DNA of 64,000 nt from Betaproteobacteria bacterium RIFCSPLOWO2_02_FULL_67_26 (GTDB lineage: Bacteria; Pseudomonadota; Gammaproteobacteria; Burkholderiales; SG8-41), in NCBI GenBank assembly GCA_001771935.1, contig MERD01000039.1:31764-95763 (forward strand), written 5' to 3'. Position 1 is the stretch's first letter; every line of letters starts with the position of its first letter. A program made the position numbers and the translations under genes. A model generated the notes under the pieces. The model ran no database searches. It worked only from the letters and a program-made list of their open reading frames with translations, and was not told where the DNA came from. Shown here in pieces: positions 55,122-64,000 of the stretch.

Positions 55122-56095
55122 TCCGCCGCGCAAGTTATGGCGAACCGGCGCGCATCGGCTGGCTCGAATGGCTGCCGTGGGCGGCGGCACTCGCGGTATT
55201 CTTCGCGCTGCCCGAGTACGTGCCGCTCGGGGCGCGCATCCTGGTCTACATCCTGTTCGCGCTGTCGCTCGACCTCATCCTCGGCTATGCCGGGATCATC
55301 ACGCTCGGGCACACGGCGTTCTTCGGGCTCGGCGCCTATGTTGCCGGCATACTCGGGGCGAAGCTCGGCGTGACTGACCCGCTGCTGCAAATGGCGGCGG
55401 CGGCGGCAGCAGCAGCGCTGCTCGGGGTTGCCACGGGCGCCGTGATCCTGCGCACCCGGGGCCTGACGCTGCTCATGCTCACGCTCGCGATCACCGCCAT
55501 CCTGCTCGAGATAGCAAACAAGGCGACCGCCCTCACCGGCGGCGCCGACGGCCTCTCCGGCATCAGCGTCACCCCGATCCTCGGGCAGTTCCGGTTCGAC
55601 ATGTTCGGCAAGACCGCTTACCTGTACTGCCTGCTCGTGCTCTTTGCCGGCTGGTGGATCGTGCGCCGGATCATCTACTCGCCGTTCGGGGCGTCGCTGG
55701 TGGGCATCCGCGAAAACGTCGTGCGCATGCACGCGATCGGCTCGCCGGCCTATGCCCGCCTGATCGCGGTGTACACGATCTCGGCGACGATCGCCGGCTG
55801 CGCCGGGGCGCTGCTCACGCAGACCAACCAGTTCGTGGGACTCAACGTGCTCTCCTTCGAGTTCGCGGGCGAGCTGCTGGTGATGCTGGTCCTTGGCGGC
55901 GTGGGCCGCATCTACGGGGCCTTCGTCGGCCCGCTCGTCTACATGATCGCGCAGGACCAGCTTGCCAAGCAGTTTCCCGAGTACTGGTATTTCGGCATTG
56001 GGCTGCTGCTGGTCGCGGTGGTCCTGTTCGCGCGCGGCGGCCTGCTGGGCATCGCGGACCGGGTCGTGTCGAAATTCCGCGGAGAACGCCGGTGA
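55118..56095 (+). CDS. branched-chain-type ABC permease (LivM-like)
   Basis: In ORF 55085..56095. GTG 55118 overlaps the upstream stop (GTGA). LDLILGYAGIITLGHTAFFGLGAY. Confidence 0.8.
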   Translation: MIRRASYGEPARIGWLEWLPWAAALAVFFALPEYVPLGARILVYILFALSLDLILGYAGIITLGHTAFFGLGAYVAGILGAKLGVTDPLLQMAAAAAAAALLGVATGAVILRTRGLTLLMLTLAITAILLEIANKATALTGGADGLSGISVTPILGQFRFDMFGKTAYLYCLLVLFAGWWIVRRIIYSPFGASLVGIRENVVRMHAIGSPAYARLIAVYTISATIAGCAGALLTQTNQFVGLNVLSFEFAGELLVMLVLGGVGRIYGAFVGPLVYMIAQDQLAKQFPEYWYFGIGLLLVAVVLFARGGLLGIADRVVSKFRGERR

Positions 56096-56844
56096 GCGCG
56101 GTCCTCGAGACCCGGAAGCTGTGCAAGAGCTTCGGCGCGCTCACCGTGGCCGAGAGCATCGATTTCCGGCTCGAGGCCGGCGCGCGCCACGCGCTGATCG
56201 GCCCGAACGGCGCCGGCAAGACCACTCTGGTCAACATGCTGACAGGCAGGCTCGCGCCCTCCTCCGGGCGCATCCTGCTCGGCGGCGAGGACATCACCGG
56301 GCTGCGCCAGGCGGCGCGCGTCAAGCGCGGTATCGGCCGCACCTTCCAGATCAACACGCTGTTCCGCGATCTGACCGTCCTCGACAACGTCGCCCTCGGC
56401 ATCGCCGAGCGCAGCGGCATTGCCGCCCGCCTGTGGCGCCCGGCGAGCTCGTTCCACGCGATCCACGACGAGAGCATGGCGCTGCTGGCGACGCTCGGGC
56501 TCGCCGACGATGCCGCGAGCCGCGTGTTCGATCTGCCCTATGGCAAGCAGCGACTGGTCGAGATCGCGATCGCCCTCGGCCTCAAGCCCACGGTGCTGCT
56601 GCTCGACGAGCCGGCGGCCGGCGTGCCGTCGGTCGAAACCGGGCGCATCCTGGAGGTGCTCGACGGACTCCCCCCTGAAATCGCCATCCTCATCATCGAG
56701 CACGACATGGACCTCGTGTTTCGCTTTGCCCGCAGGATCACCGTGATGGTGCAGGGCGAGGTGCTGGTCGAGGGCACGCCCGAGGAGATCGCCGGGGACC
56801 GCCGCGTGCAGCAGGTCTACCTCGGGGAGCAGCACCATGGCTGA
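56092..56844 (+). CDS. ABC transporter ATP-binding protein (LivG-like)
   Basis: In ORF 55654..56844. GTG 56092 overlaps the upstream stop. GPNGAGKTT, LPYGKQR, LLLDEPAAG. Confidence 0.85.
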   Translation: MSAVLETRKLCKSFGALTVAESIDFRLEAGARHALIGPNGAGKTTLVNMLTGRLAPSSGRILLGGEDITGLRQAARVKRGIGRTFQINTLFRDLTVLDNVALGIAERSGIAARLWRPASSFHAIHDESMALLATLGLADDAASRVFDLPYGKQRLVEIAIALGLKPTVLLLDEPAAGVPSVETGRILEVLDGLPPEIAILIIEHDMDLVFRFARRITVMVQGEVLVEGTPEEIAGDRRVQQVYLGEQHHG

Positions 56845-57559
56845 CGAGAGCTCTGCGAGGTTCCCGGCATTGAAGCTGACCGGAGTGCGGGCCGGCTACG
56901 GCGAGACCGTGGTGCTGGAGGACGTCGCGTTCAGCCTGCCGGAGCGCGGCTCGCTCGCCGTGCTCGGCCGCAACGGCGTGGGAAAGACGACGCTGCTCTC
57001 GACCCTCATCGGCCATACCACCTTTCACTCCGGCAGCATCGAGTACCAGGGCCGCCCGATCGAGCGGCTGCCGGCCTACGAGCGCTCGCGGCTCGGCATC
57101 GGCTACGTCCCGCAGGAACGCGAGATCTTCCCATCGCTCTCGGTCGAGGAGAATCTCGTCGTCGCCGCGCGCCCCGGACGCTGGAGCCTGGAGCGCGTAT
57201 ACGACCTGTTTCCAGGCCTCGCGAACCGGCGCAGCCACATGGGTAACGAGATATCGGGCGGCGAGCAGCAGATGCTCGCGACCGGGCGCGCCCTCATGGG
57301 CAACCCGTCGCTCCTGCTGATGGACGAGCCGCTTGAAGGCCTCGCCCCGATCATCGTCGAAGCGCTGCTGCGCGCGATGCAGCGCCTGATCCGGGAGGAA
57401 GCGCTGACGGTGGTGCTGGTCGAGCAGCACGCGAAGCTCGCGCTGGAGGTGACGCAAAGCGCGATCGTGCTGAACCGCGGGAGGGCGACCTACCTGGGCG
57501 AGAGCGCCGCGCTGCTCGCCGATCCGCAGCGGCTCACGAGCCTGATTGTCGCGGCTTAG
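56837..57559 (+). CDS. ABC transporter ATP-binding protein (LivF-like)
   Basis: ORF 56837..57559. GRNGVGKTT, ISGGEQQ, LLMDEPLEG. Confidence 0.9.
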   Translation: MADESSARFPALKLTGVRAGYGETVVLEDVAFSLPERGSLAVLGRNGVGKTTLLSTLIGHTTFHSGSIEYQGRPIERLPAYERSRLGIGYVPQEREIFPSLSVEENLVVAARPGRWSLERVYDLFPGLANRRSHMGNEISGGEQQMLATGRALMGNPSLLLMDEPLEGLAPIIVEALLRAMQRLIREEALTVVLVEQHAKLALEVTQSAIVLNRGRATYLGESAALLADPQRLTSLIVAA

Positions 57560-57569
57560 GAAAAACGAC

Positions 57570-57662
57570 TGGCGGAGAGAGAGGGATTCGAACCCTCGAT
57601 AAGGTTTTTGACCCTATACTCCCTTAGCAGGGGAGCGCCTTCGACCACTCGGCCATCTCTCC
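57570..57662 (-). tRNA. tRNA-Ser (anticodon GCT)
   Basis: Minus-strand sequence GGAGAGATGGCCGAGTGGTCGAAGGCG CTCCC CTGCTAA GGGAG + long variable arm + GGTTCGAATCC + TCTCTCC G CCA. 93 nt. Confidence 0.9.
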
Positions 57663-57732
57663 GTGTGCCGCTCTGCCAATATCTGAAGTTGCCTGCCGTA
57701 GCTTTCTAACAACTACTCAGTCATCTTACCAT

Positions 57733-57823
57733 CGGGAGATCGGGGGGGGCGTGAGGGCGGGAGGGGGAAAGACGCTTTTCTCCCTCTCTCGATTTCCCGC
57801 TCTCCCGCACTCCCGTCTTTTCA
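57733..57823 (+). repeat. G-arm/C-arm imperfect hairpin repeat, copy 2
   Basis: CGGGAGATCGGGGGGGGCGTGAGGGCGGGAGGGGGA..CTCCCTCTCTCGATTTCCCGCTCTCCCGCACTCCCGTCTTTTCA, between tRNA-Ser and the lysC 3' end. Confidence 0.75.
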
Positions 57824-57832
57824 GTTGACCGT

Positions 57833-59059
57833 TCAGCCTGGCTGTTCGAGGCCGAACGCCTTGTGCAGCGCGCGCACGGCGAGCTCCATGTACTTCTCGT
57901 TGATCACAATCGAGATCTTGATCTCGGAAGTCGAGATCATCTCGATGTTGATCCCTTCCTCCGCGAGCGTGCGGAATGCCGCGCTGGCAATGCCCGCGTG
58001 CGAGCGCATGCCGACGCCGACCACCGACACTTTCGCGATCTTGTCGCCGCTCTCCACGCCGCGCGCCTTGATGTGCTTGACCACCGGCTCGAGGAGCTTC
58101 AGCGTCTTCGCGTAGTCGCTGCGGTGCACGGTGAACGAGAAGTCCGTCGTGCCGTCGTGGCTCACGTTCTGCACGATCATGTCCACGTCGATGTTGGCGT
58201 CCCCGATCGGGCCCAGGATCTGGTAGGCGATTCCCGGCCGGTCGGGCACCCCGAGGATCGTGATCTTGGCCTCGTCCCGGTTGAACGCAATGCCTGAAAT
58301 GCTGGCTTGTTCCATGGTCTGGTCTTCCTCGAAAGTGATCAGCGTGCCGTCGCTCTCCTCCTCGAAGCTGGAGAGCACCCGCAGCTTGACCTGGTACTTG
58401 CCCGCGAGCTCCACCGCGCGGATCTGCAGCACCCTGGAGCCCAGACTCGCCATCTCGAGCATTTCCTCGAAGGTGACGGTCTTCAGGCGCCGCGCCTCCG
58501 GCACGATGCGCGGGTCGGTGGTATAGACGCCGTCCACGTCGGTGTAGATCTGGCACTCGTCGGCCTTCAGCGCCGCGGCGAGCGCGACCCCGGTGGTGTC
58601 CGAGCCGCCGCGTCCCAGGGTGGTGATGTTGCCCTGCTCGTCGACGCCCTGGAAGCCGGCGACGACCACGACGCGGCCTTCGGCAAGGTCCTTGCGGATC
58701 AACGCCTCGTCGATGCTCACGATGCGCGCCTTGGTGTGCGCGCTGTCGGTGAGGATCTTCACCTGCGCGCCGGTATAGCTGCGCGCCTTCAACCCCAACT
58801 CCATCAGCGCCATGGAGAGCAGCGCCATCGTCACCTGCTCGCCGGTGGATACCATCACGTCGAGTTCCCGCGGTTCCGGGTGCGCCTGCAGCTCCCGGGC
58901 GAGAGCGATCAGGCGGTTGGTCTCCCCCGCCATCGCGGAGACGACCACCACCAGCTGGTGCCCCAACGCCCTCCAGCGGGCAACGCGCCGGGCGACGTTT
59001 TTGATGCGCTCGGTCGAGCTCACCGAGGTGCCGCCGTATTTCTGGACGATCAGTGCCAT
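57833..59059 (-). CDS. lysC: aspartate kinase
   Basis: ORF 57833..59065. MALIVQKYGGTSV from ATG 59059, VVVVSAMAGETN. C-terminal ACT domains. Confidence 0.92.
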   Translation of the reverse strand: MALIVQKYGGTSVSSTERIKNVARRVARWRALGHQLVVVVSAMAGETNRLIALARELQAHPEPRELDVMVSTGEQVTMALLSMALMELGLKARSYTGAQVKILTDSAHTKARIVSIDEALIRKDLAEGRVVVVAGFQGVDEQGNITTLGRGGSDTTGVALAAALKADECQIYTDVDGVYTTDPRIVPEARRLKTVTFEEMLEMASLGSRVLQIRAVELAGKYQVKLRVLSSFEEESDGTLITFEEDQTMEQASISGIAFNRDEAKITILGVPDRPGIAYQILGPIGDANIDVDMIVQNVSHDGTTDFSFTVHRSDYAKTLKLLEPVVKHIKARGVESGDKIAKVSVVGVGMRSHAGIASAAFRTLAEEGINIEMISTSEIKISIVINEKYMELAVRALHKAFGLEQPG

Positions 59060-59227
59060 GGCCACAGTTTGAAAAAGTCGCGTATTTTAGTTGATTTTTC
59101 TGGGGAAAACGAGCCGCCGGCGCACGCCAGCCATGCTCGCGGCATATGCAGGGCCAGCGCCAGGCGCCAGCTTGAACCTAATCTGTTCCAGATGGTCCAT
59201 TGGCTATCAACCAGGAACTCCTCCGAC

Positions 59228-59527
59228 ATGAAACCATTCGAACGTATCTCCAATCCCCGCGAAATCCGGCGCCGGCTGCGCCTCAACCAGCAGGAATTCT
59301 GGTCGCGCGTCGGCGTGACCCAGAGCGGCGGCTCCCGCTACGAGAGCGGCCGCAGCATGCCCAGGCCGGTGCGCGAGTTGCTGCGGCTGGTGCACATCGA
59401 AGGCATCGAGCTCGCACGCGCCAAAGGCAACGATTTCGAGGTGGTTTCCCACCTCAAGGCAACCAACCCCCGGCTCTATTACCGCCTGCGCAAGGCGGCC
59501 TCGAAGACCAACGGCAGAAAAAAGTAG
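59228..59527 (+). CDS. small helix-turn-helix (XRE-like) protein
   Basis: Last 99 codons of ORF 58307..59527. Start ATG 59228. IRRRLRLNQQEFWSRVGVTQSGGSRYESG. Confidence 0.6.
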   Translation: MKPFERISNPREIRRRLRLNQQEFWSRVGVTQSGGSRYESGRSMPRPVRELLRLVHIEGIELARAKGNDFEVVSHLKATNPRLYYRLRKAASKTNGRKK

Positions 59528-59554
59528 GCTGGGAGCGGTTCCCGGGCCATTCTT

Positions 59555-59644
59555 TGGCGGAAGGGGTGGGATTCGAACCCACGATGCCCTTGCGGACATG
59601 CCGGTTTTCAAGACCGGTGCGTTCAACCGCTCCGCCACCCTTCC
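59555..59644 (-). tRNA. tRNA-Ser (anticodon TGA)
   Basis: Minus-strand sequence GGAAGGGTGGCGGAGCGGTTGAACGCA CCGGT CTTGAAA ACCGG + variable arm + GGTTCGAATCC + CCCTTCC G CCA. 90 nt. Confidence 0.9.
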
Positions 59645-59790
59645 GGATGCCATGCGGCCGTCACAATCGCGGCCCATAATACACGTGTTTTCAGGCGCTT
59701 GAATCGTAATGTCACGGCGGTGGCATTGAAACTAAGGCGGGGATTCTGTAGTCTAACCGGCCAGCGAAGTCGCTAACCAGGAGAAACTCG

Positions 59791-60492
59791 ATGCAACCCG
59801 AATATCAGACCAACCCGGCGGCGTACCAGGCCGGCGCGCAGGACATCGCGCTTCAGCAACAGCGGGTGCTGCGCAACACCTACCTGCTGCTCGCGTTGAC
59901 CATGGTGCCCACGGTGATCGGGGCCTACGCCGGCATCCACACCGGCGGCATCATCATGCAGTTCCCGATCATCAGCTTCTTCGTGATGCTTGCCGCCGTC
60001 ATCGGCCTGCAGTACGCCATCGCGGCCCACCGCAACAGCGCGCTCGGCGTGGTGCTGCTGCTCGGCATGACGTTCATCCTCGGCTGGTGGCTCGGACCGT
60101 TGCTGGCGATCGCGCTGTCGCTGAAGAACGGGCCGCAGCTGATCGGCATCGCCGCCGGCGGAACCGGCGCGATCTTCTTCGTCATGGCCGGCATCGCGAC
60201 CACGGTGAAGAAGGACTTCAGCTTCATGGGCAAGTTCCTGTTCGTCGGCATGATCGTGGCGCTGCTGGCGATCGTCGCCAACATGTTCCTGCAGATCCCG
60301 GCGCTCGCGCTGACGATCTCGGCGGTGATCGTGGTGGTGTTCTCGCTGTTCCTGCTGCACGACGTGAGCCGCATCGTCAACGGCGGCGAGACCAACTACA
60401 TCATGGCGACGACCGGCTGCTACATGAGCCTGTTCAACATCTTCGCCAGCCTGCTGCAGATCCTGATGGCCCTCACCGGCGAGCGCGACTGA
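59791..60492 (+). CDS. Bax inhibitor-1/YccA-family membrane protein
   Basis: ORF 59791..60492. Seven hydrophobic segments. NTYLLLALTMVPTVIGAY. AGGAGA Shine-Dalgarno. Confidence 0.8.
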   Translation: MQPEYQTNPAAYQAGAQDIALQQQRVLRNTYLLLALTMVPTVIGAYAGIHTGGIIMQFPIISFFVMLAAVIGLQYAIAAHRNSALGVVLLLGMTFILGWWLGPLLAIALSLKNGPQLIGIAAGGTGAIFFVMAGIATTVKKDFSFMGKFLFVGMIVALLAIVANMFLQIPALALTISAVIVVVFSLFLLHDVSRIVNGGETNYIMATTGCYMSLFNIFASLLQILMALTGERD

Positions 60493-60514
60493 CGGTCGGC
60501 AGGAGAAATACAAG

Positions 60515-60547
60515 AACGGCCGGGCAACAACCCGGCCGTTTTGTTTT
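60515..60547. terminator. rho-independent terminator between convergent genes
   Basis: AACGGCCGGG-CAACAA-CCCGGCCGTTTTGTTTT. Confidence 0.8.
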
Positions 60548-60550
60548 CGA

Positions 60551-61846
60551 TCAGAGATCGAAAACTGCCATGGATTCGACGTGCGACGTGTGCGGGAACA
60601 TGTTGATCACCCCGGCCGCGCTGAGGCGATAGCCGCGCGTCTGCGTCAGCACCGCCGCGTCCCGCGCCAGCGTCCCTGGATTGCACGAGACGTAGACCAG
60701 CCGTTGCGGCCCGTCGTCCGGGAGCGCCTTGACCACCTCCACGGCGCCATCGCGCGGGGGATCGAGGAGCATTCGGTCGAATCGGCCCAGCCCGGCCAGC
60801 GGGTCTCCGGCGCTCCGGTAGAGGTCGCGCTCGACGAACGACGCGCGCGCCGATAGCCCGTTCAGCTCCGCGTTCCGGCCCGCACGGCGCACCAGGTCCG
60901 CGCTGCTCTCCACGCCCAGCACCGTGGCGCCGCTGCGCGCGACCGCCAGCGTGAAGTTGCCGACCCCACAGAACAGGTCGGCGATGCGCTCGCCGGGGCG
61001 GGGATCCAGAACGGACAGTGCACGTCGCACCATAACGCCGTTCACCGCGGGGTTCACCTGGGTGAATTCGGTCGGCGCGAACCGGATCTTGAGGCCAAAC
61101 TCGGGCAGGGTGTAATGAAGGTCGGCTTCGGCCGCCGCCGCCATCGGGGCCGCGGTCTCCGGTCCACCGGGCTGCAGGTAGAGCCGCACGCCGTGCCGGT
61201 CGGCGAAGCGCCTCAGCGCCTCGGTGTCGGGCGGCAGCAGCGGCTCCAGCACGCGGAATACCAGCACGTCGGCACCCTCCCCCAGCGCCACCTCGATCTG
61301 CGGCAGCCGGTTGCGGATGGAAAGCGCGCTGACGAGTTCACGCAACGGCCGGATGAGCGCCGATATGCGCGGCGGCAGAACCTCGCAGCTGCCCATGTCC
61401 GCGACGTAGCTGCTTCTCTTTTCGTGGAAGCCCACGAGCGCCCCGCCTTTTTTCGGCACGTAGCGCACGGCAAGGCGCGCGCGGTGGCGGTAGCCCCACG
61501 CCGGCCCGTGGATGGCCGGCAGGATTCTCTCCGGGCGGACCCGCCCGATATGCCACAGGCTGTCCTCCAGCACCCGCTGCTTGACCGCAACCTGCGCGCG
61601 CGCGTCGAGATGCTGGAGGCTGCAACCACCGCAGACGCCGAAATGAGGGCAGCGCGGCCGGACGCGCGACGGGCTTTCCTTGAGGACCCTGCCGAGGGTG
61701 GCGACTTCGTAGGTCGGCTTCTTGCGGTAGGGCGAATACGTGACGACCTCGCCCGGCAGCGCGCCTTCGACGAAGACGGCCTTGCCGTCGCGGCGCGCGA
61801 CGCCGCGACCTTCCTGGTCCAGGGATTCGACCTTCAGTGCTTCCAT
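60551..61846 (-). CDS. rlmD: 23S rRNA (uracil1939-C5)-methyltransferase
   Basis: ORF 60551..61846. TRAM-like N-terminus. Fe-S cysteines [17 protein letters not shown] motif [12 protein letters not shown]-terminal MFPHTSHVE. Confidence 0.88.
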   Translation of the reverse strand: MEALKVESLDQEGRGVARRDGKAVFVEGALPGEVVTYSPYRKKPTYEVATLGRVLKESPSRVRPRCPHFGVCGGCSLQHLDARAQVAVKQRVLEDSLWHIGRVRPERILPAIHGPAWGYRHRARLAVRYVPKKGGALVGFHEKRSSYVADMGSCEVLPPRISALIRPLRELVSALSIRNRLPQIEVALGEGADVLVFRVLEPLLPPDTEALRRFADRHGVRLYLQPGGPETAAPMAAAAEADLHYTLPEFGLKIRFAPTEFTQVNPAVNGVMVRRALSVLDPRPGERIADLFCGVGNFTLAVARSGATVLGVESSADLVRRAGRNAELNGLSARASFVERDLYRSAGDPLAGLGRFDRMLLDPPRDGAVEVVKALPDDGPQRLVYVSCNPGTLARDAAVLTQTRGYRLSAAGVINMFPHTSHVESMAVFDL

Positions 61847-61905
61847 GATTCCCGCTGCGGCGGAGTCAAAGTACGCCGCGAAAGCGGTGAAGCCAGTCTA
61901 TCAAA

Positions 61906-62082
61906 CTATCGTGGCGGTTTTGATGCCGCAGACGCTAACTTGCCTTCCGGTCCGGTGCGACGGAGTTGCACGACCGATTCCCGGAGCGTTTCGGCGATCC
62001 GGATCTTTTCCGGCCAGGAAAGCAGCTTCCGGCTCTTCTGCCACGCGGCCTGCCGTTCGAGCAGCTTTTTCACGTCATCCAT
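61906..62082 (-). CDS. 58-aa helical protein, function unknown
   Basis: Below the ORF-track size cut-off. Own translation gives MDDVKKLLERQAAWQKSRKLLSWPEKIRIAETLRESVVQLRRTGPEGKLASAASKPPR. Its ATG overlaps the upstream stop by 8 nt. Confidence 0.4.
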   Translation of the reverse strand: MDDVKKLLERQAAWQKSRKLLSWPEKIRIAETLRESVVQLRRTGPEGKLASAASKPPR

Positions 62083-62583
62083 CGAGAAACCTCGCTACGA
62101 ACCGCTTCCAAACATCCTCCAGTCCGTGCTGCCGCGCAAGGGACGCGATCTCCTCTCGACTGACGCTGTCCGATTCGAGCAACGCCAGGATGCGCGCAAA
62201 GTCCTTCGGCCGGTTGACGCTGAGAGCGATCACCGCAAGGTGGTCGGCGCGCACCACCCGAAAAGGAACGCCCTCGAAGGCAACCGCATCCGCCCGTTCC
62301 ACGGCTTCGGCCGTCAGGGCATTGAACACGGGGATAAACTGGACCGGCCACGCGCCAACCCGTACGGCCTCGCCTTCCGGCCGAAATCCCTTCCGCGAAC
62401 AGAACTCGTAAATGGGGCCGAGCACATCGAGCCGCTCGCCGGAAGGAATCGCGACGAGCACGTCAGCGTCAAATGTTGCGAAGGCTCGGTGTAACGCATC
62501 TGGGCTGCAGCGCCGAACAGGGCGTAATCGGCAATCACGCCCTCCGCACGCATGTCGTTGAGCAGCCGGGCCAGCTCCTTCAT
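62075..62583 (-). pseudogene. nucleotidyltransferase-fold-like gene interrupted by a frameshift
   Basis: ORF 62314..62583 gives a plausible N-terminus (MKELARLLNDMRAEGVIADYALFGAAAQMRYTEP), then nonsense. ORF 62075..62650 gives a plausible continuation from AFATFDADVLVAIPSGERLD... The frames meet near 62480-62490. Confidence 0.55.
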
Positions 62584-62699
62584 GCCCGGAGCTTATCCTG
62601 CGGCAGTTCGTTCGGGAAGCGCTCGTCCGTCTCCAGCCGCTCGCAGCCAATAAAGGGGCCGGCTTGCACGCCGGAATCGGGGGTGAGGGAGATTCGATC

Positions 62700-63470
62700 T
62701 CACACCCGCCACTTCGCGAGGAATTCCTTCCAGTGTGGCTCCGAGGATTTGCCGAGCGTCGCGCGCACCAGCTCGCACTCGGTCCGGTGGCGCGTGTCGT
62801 CGAGCGCGCCGCGCATCAGCTGGAAGCGCAGGTACACGAGGTAGGTATTGACGACGTCCGCTTCGCAGTAATTGCGGATCTCGGCCAGCTTCCCGGCCTG
62901 AAAGGCGTCCCACACGCCGGCGCCTTCCATGCCGAGCTTGCCGGGCAGCCCCATGAGCTGCGCCAGGTCGCCAAGCGGCGCGTTGGCCCGCGGCTGGTAG
63001 AGCGCGAGCAGGTCCATGAGGTCGAGATGGCGGCTGTGGTAGCGGCTGATGTAGTTGTTCCACTTGAAATCGCGGTTGTCCTCGCCCAGGTCCCAGTAGC
63101 GCGCCGCCTTCACGCCGTGGATGAGGCCGCGATAGTGCATCACCGGCAGGTCGAAGCCGCCGCCGTTCCAGGAGACGAGCTGGGGAGTGTACTTCTCGAC
63201 GCCGTCGAAGAAACGCTGGATCAGCTCGCCCTCGCCGTCGCCGCCGATGGACCAGACCTTGAAGCTGTCGCGGTCCCGCAACGCGCAGGATATGACGACG
63301 ACGCGGTGCAGGTAAAGCGGGAGAAAATCGTGTCCGGTCGCCTGCCGGCGCAACTGGAACGCCATCTCGGCGACGCCCTTGTCCGGGATCGCCGCGTCGA
63401 GGCCGTGCAGGCGGCGCAGCCCCTCGACATCGGGCACGGTCTCGATGTCGAAGGCAAGGACCGGTGCCAT
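62700..63470 (-). CDS. RNase H-fold 3'-5' exonuclease (PolB-exonuclease-like)
   Basis: Last 256 codons of ORF 62700..63722. Start ATG 63470. LAFDIETVPD, SWNGGGFDLPV, YCEADVVNTY give the DEDD pattern. TGATG overlap with cysM. Confidence 0.75.
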   Translation of the reverse strand: MAPVLAFDIETVPDVEGLRRLHGLDAAIPDKGVAEMAFQLRRQATGHDFLPLYLHRVVVISCALRDRDSFKVWSIGGDGEGELIQRFFDGVEKYTPQLVSWNGGGFDLPVMHYRGLIHGVKAARYWDLGEDNRDFKWNNYISRYHSRHLDLMDLLALYQPRANAPLGDLAQLMGLPGKLGMEGAGVWDAFQAGKLAEIRNYCEADVVNTYLVYLRFQLMRGALDDTRHRTECELVRATLGKSSEPHWKEFLAKWRV

Positions 63471-64000
63471 CAGCCGGGAAAGACGCCCGTGGACAGGTAG
63501 CGGTCGCCCCGGTCGCACACGATGGTGACGATGACCGCGTTCTCCACCTCGCGCAGCACCTGCATCGCCGCCCACAGCGCGCCGCCGGAGGAGATGCCCG
63601 CGAAAATGCCCTCTTCGCGCGCGAGACGGCGCGTCGTTTCCTCGGCGTCCGCCTGCGAGACCTCGATCACGCGGTCCACCCGCGTCCAGTCGCAGATCTT
63701 CGGCAGGTACTGCGGCGGCCATTTGCGGATGCCGGGAATCTGCGAGCCTTCGGACGGCTGGCAGCCGATGACCTGGATCTTCGGGTTCTTCTCCTTGAAA
63801 AATTGAGAGCAGCCCATGATGGTGCCGGTCGTGCCCATGCTGGAGACGAAGTGCGTGATCCGCCCCTGCGTGTCGCGCCAGATCTCGGGGCCGGTGCCTT
63901 CGTAGTGGGACAGCGGGTTATCGGGGTTCGCGAACTGATCGAGGATCACGCCCTTGCCCTCGTCGCGCATCTTCTCGGCGATGTCGCGCGCCATCTCCAT
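63470..64000 (-). CDS. cysM: cysteine synthase (CysM/CysK family), C-terminal part; 5' end lies outside the window
   Basis: ORF 63470..64000. FVSSMGTTGTIMG, GISSGGALWAA. Confidence 0.8.
   Translation of the reverse strand: MEMARDIAEKMRDEGKGVILDQFANPDNPLSHYEGTGPEIWRDTQGRITHFVSSMGTTGTIMGCSQFFKEKNPKIQVIGCQPSEGSQIPGIRKWPPQYLPKICDWTRVDRVIEVSQADAEETTRRLAREEGIFAGISSGGALWAAMQVLREVENAVIVTIVCDRGDRYLSTGVFPG

Noticed and set aside
59060-59227. Lysine riboswitch (L-box) upstream of lysC.
   Set aside because: The 168-nt leader shows no recognisable L-box helices or conserved core by inspection. This cannot be excluded without a covariance-model search.
57570-59644. tRNA-Ser genes (and tRNA-Arg at 42534) considered as integration sites of genomic islands.
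   Set aside because: There is no integrase, no direct repeat of a tRNA 3' end, and no phage or conjugation genes nearby. The flanking genes are housekeeping.

Overview
This is a high-GC (roughly 65%) proteobacterial chromosomal segment. The gene content (many Bug/TctC-type binding proteins, lysC next to tRNA-Ser, cysM-exonuclease-rlmD) suggests a betaproteobacterium, but that is inference only. I can support about 66 protein genes, 3 tRNAs, several intrinsic terminators and two families of short repeats. I found no rRNA, CRISPR array, transposase, integrase or prophage genes.

Layout:
- 1-6.8 kb: phthalate/4-hydroxybenzoate-type genes (amidohydrolase, PhtD-like decarboxylase, Rieske oxygenase plus Rieske ferredoxin, pobA, two tandem MFS transporters).
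- 7.8-16 kb: signalling and nucleic-acid block (pcm plus cyclase-FHA; nfi plus NYN/LOTUS plus a small membrane protein; an operon of class II phosphodiesterase, HD-GYP and GGDEF-EAL genes).
- 18.2-33.9 kb: aromatic-acid catabolic supercluster (xanthine-dehydrogenase-family enzyme with a Mo/FAD fusion, gentisate 1,2-dioxygenase, Rieske alpha/beta dioxygenase, UbiD, amidohydrolase decarboxylase, two class II aldolase paralogs, three Bug binding proteins, a sirtuin).
- 34-38.3 kb: hemerythrin, FecR-like protein and a 969-aa autotransporter that carries a second C-terminal barrel-like domain.
- 38.5-47 kb: LLM oxidoreductase, CoA-transferase, TPP enzyme, tRNA-Arg, dehydrogenase, CocE/NonD hydrolase, maiA and an orphan leaderless DctP.
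- 47-57.6 kb: two mirror-image Liv-type ABC importers around a fourth Bug gene.
- 57.6-64 kb: housekeeping genes (2 tRNA-Ser, lysC, BI-1, rlmD, exonuclease, cysM) with a frameshifted nucleotidyltransferase-like two-gene insert.

Most noteworthy observations:
- Tandem NNTGASG heptamers sit on cistron boundaries.
- The cyclic-nucleotide operon has degenerate catalytic motifs.
- The autotransporter appears to have two barrels.
- The Mo-subunit/FAD-subunit gene is a fusion.
- A pair of paralogous tiny membrane proteins lies in AT-rich spacers.

All functional calls come from reading the translations. No database search was run.
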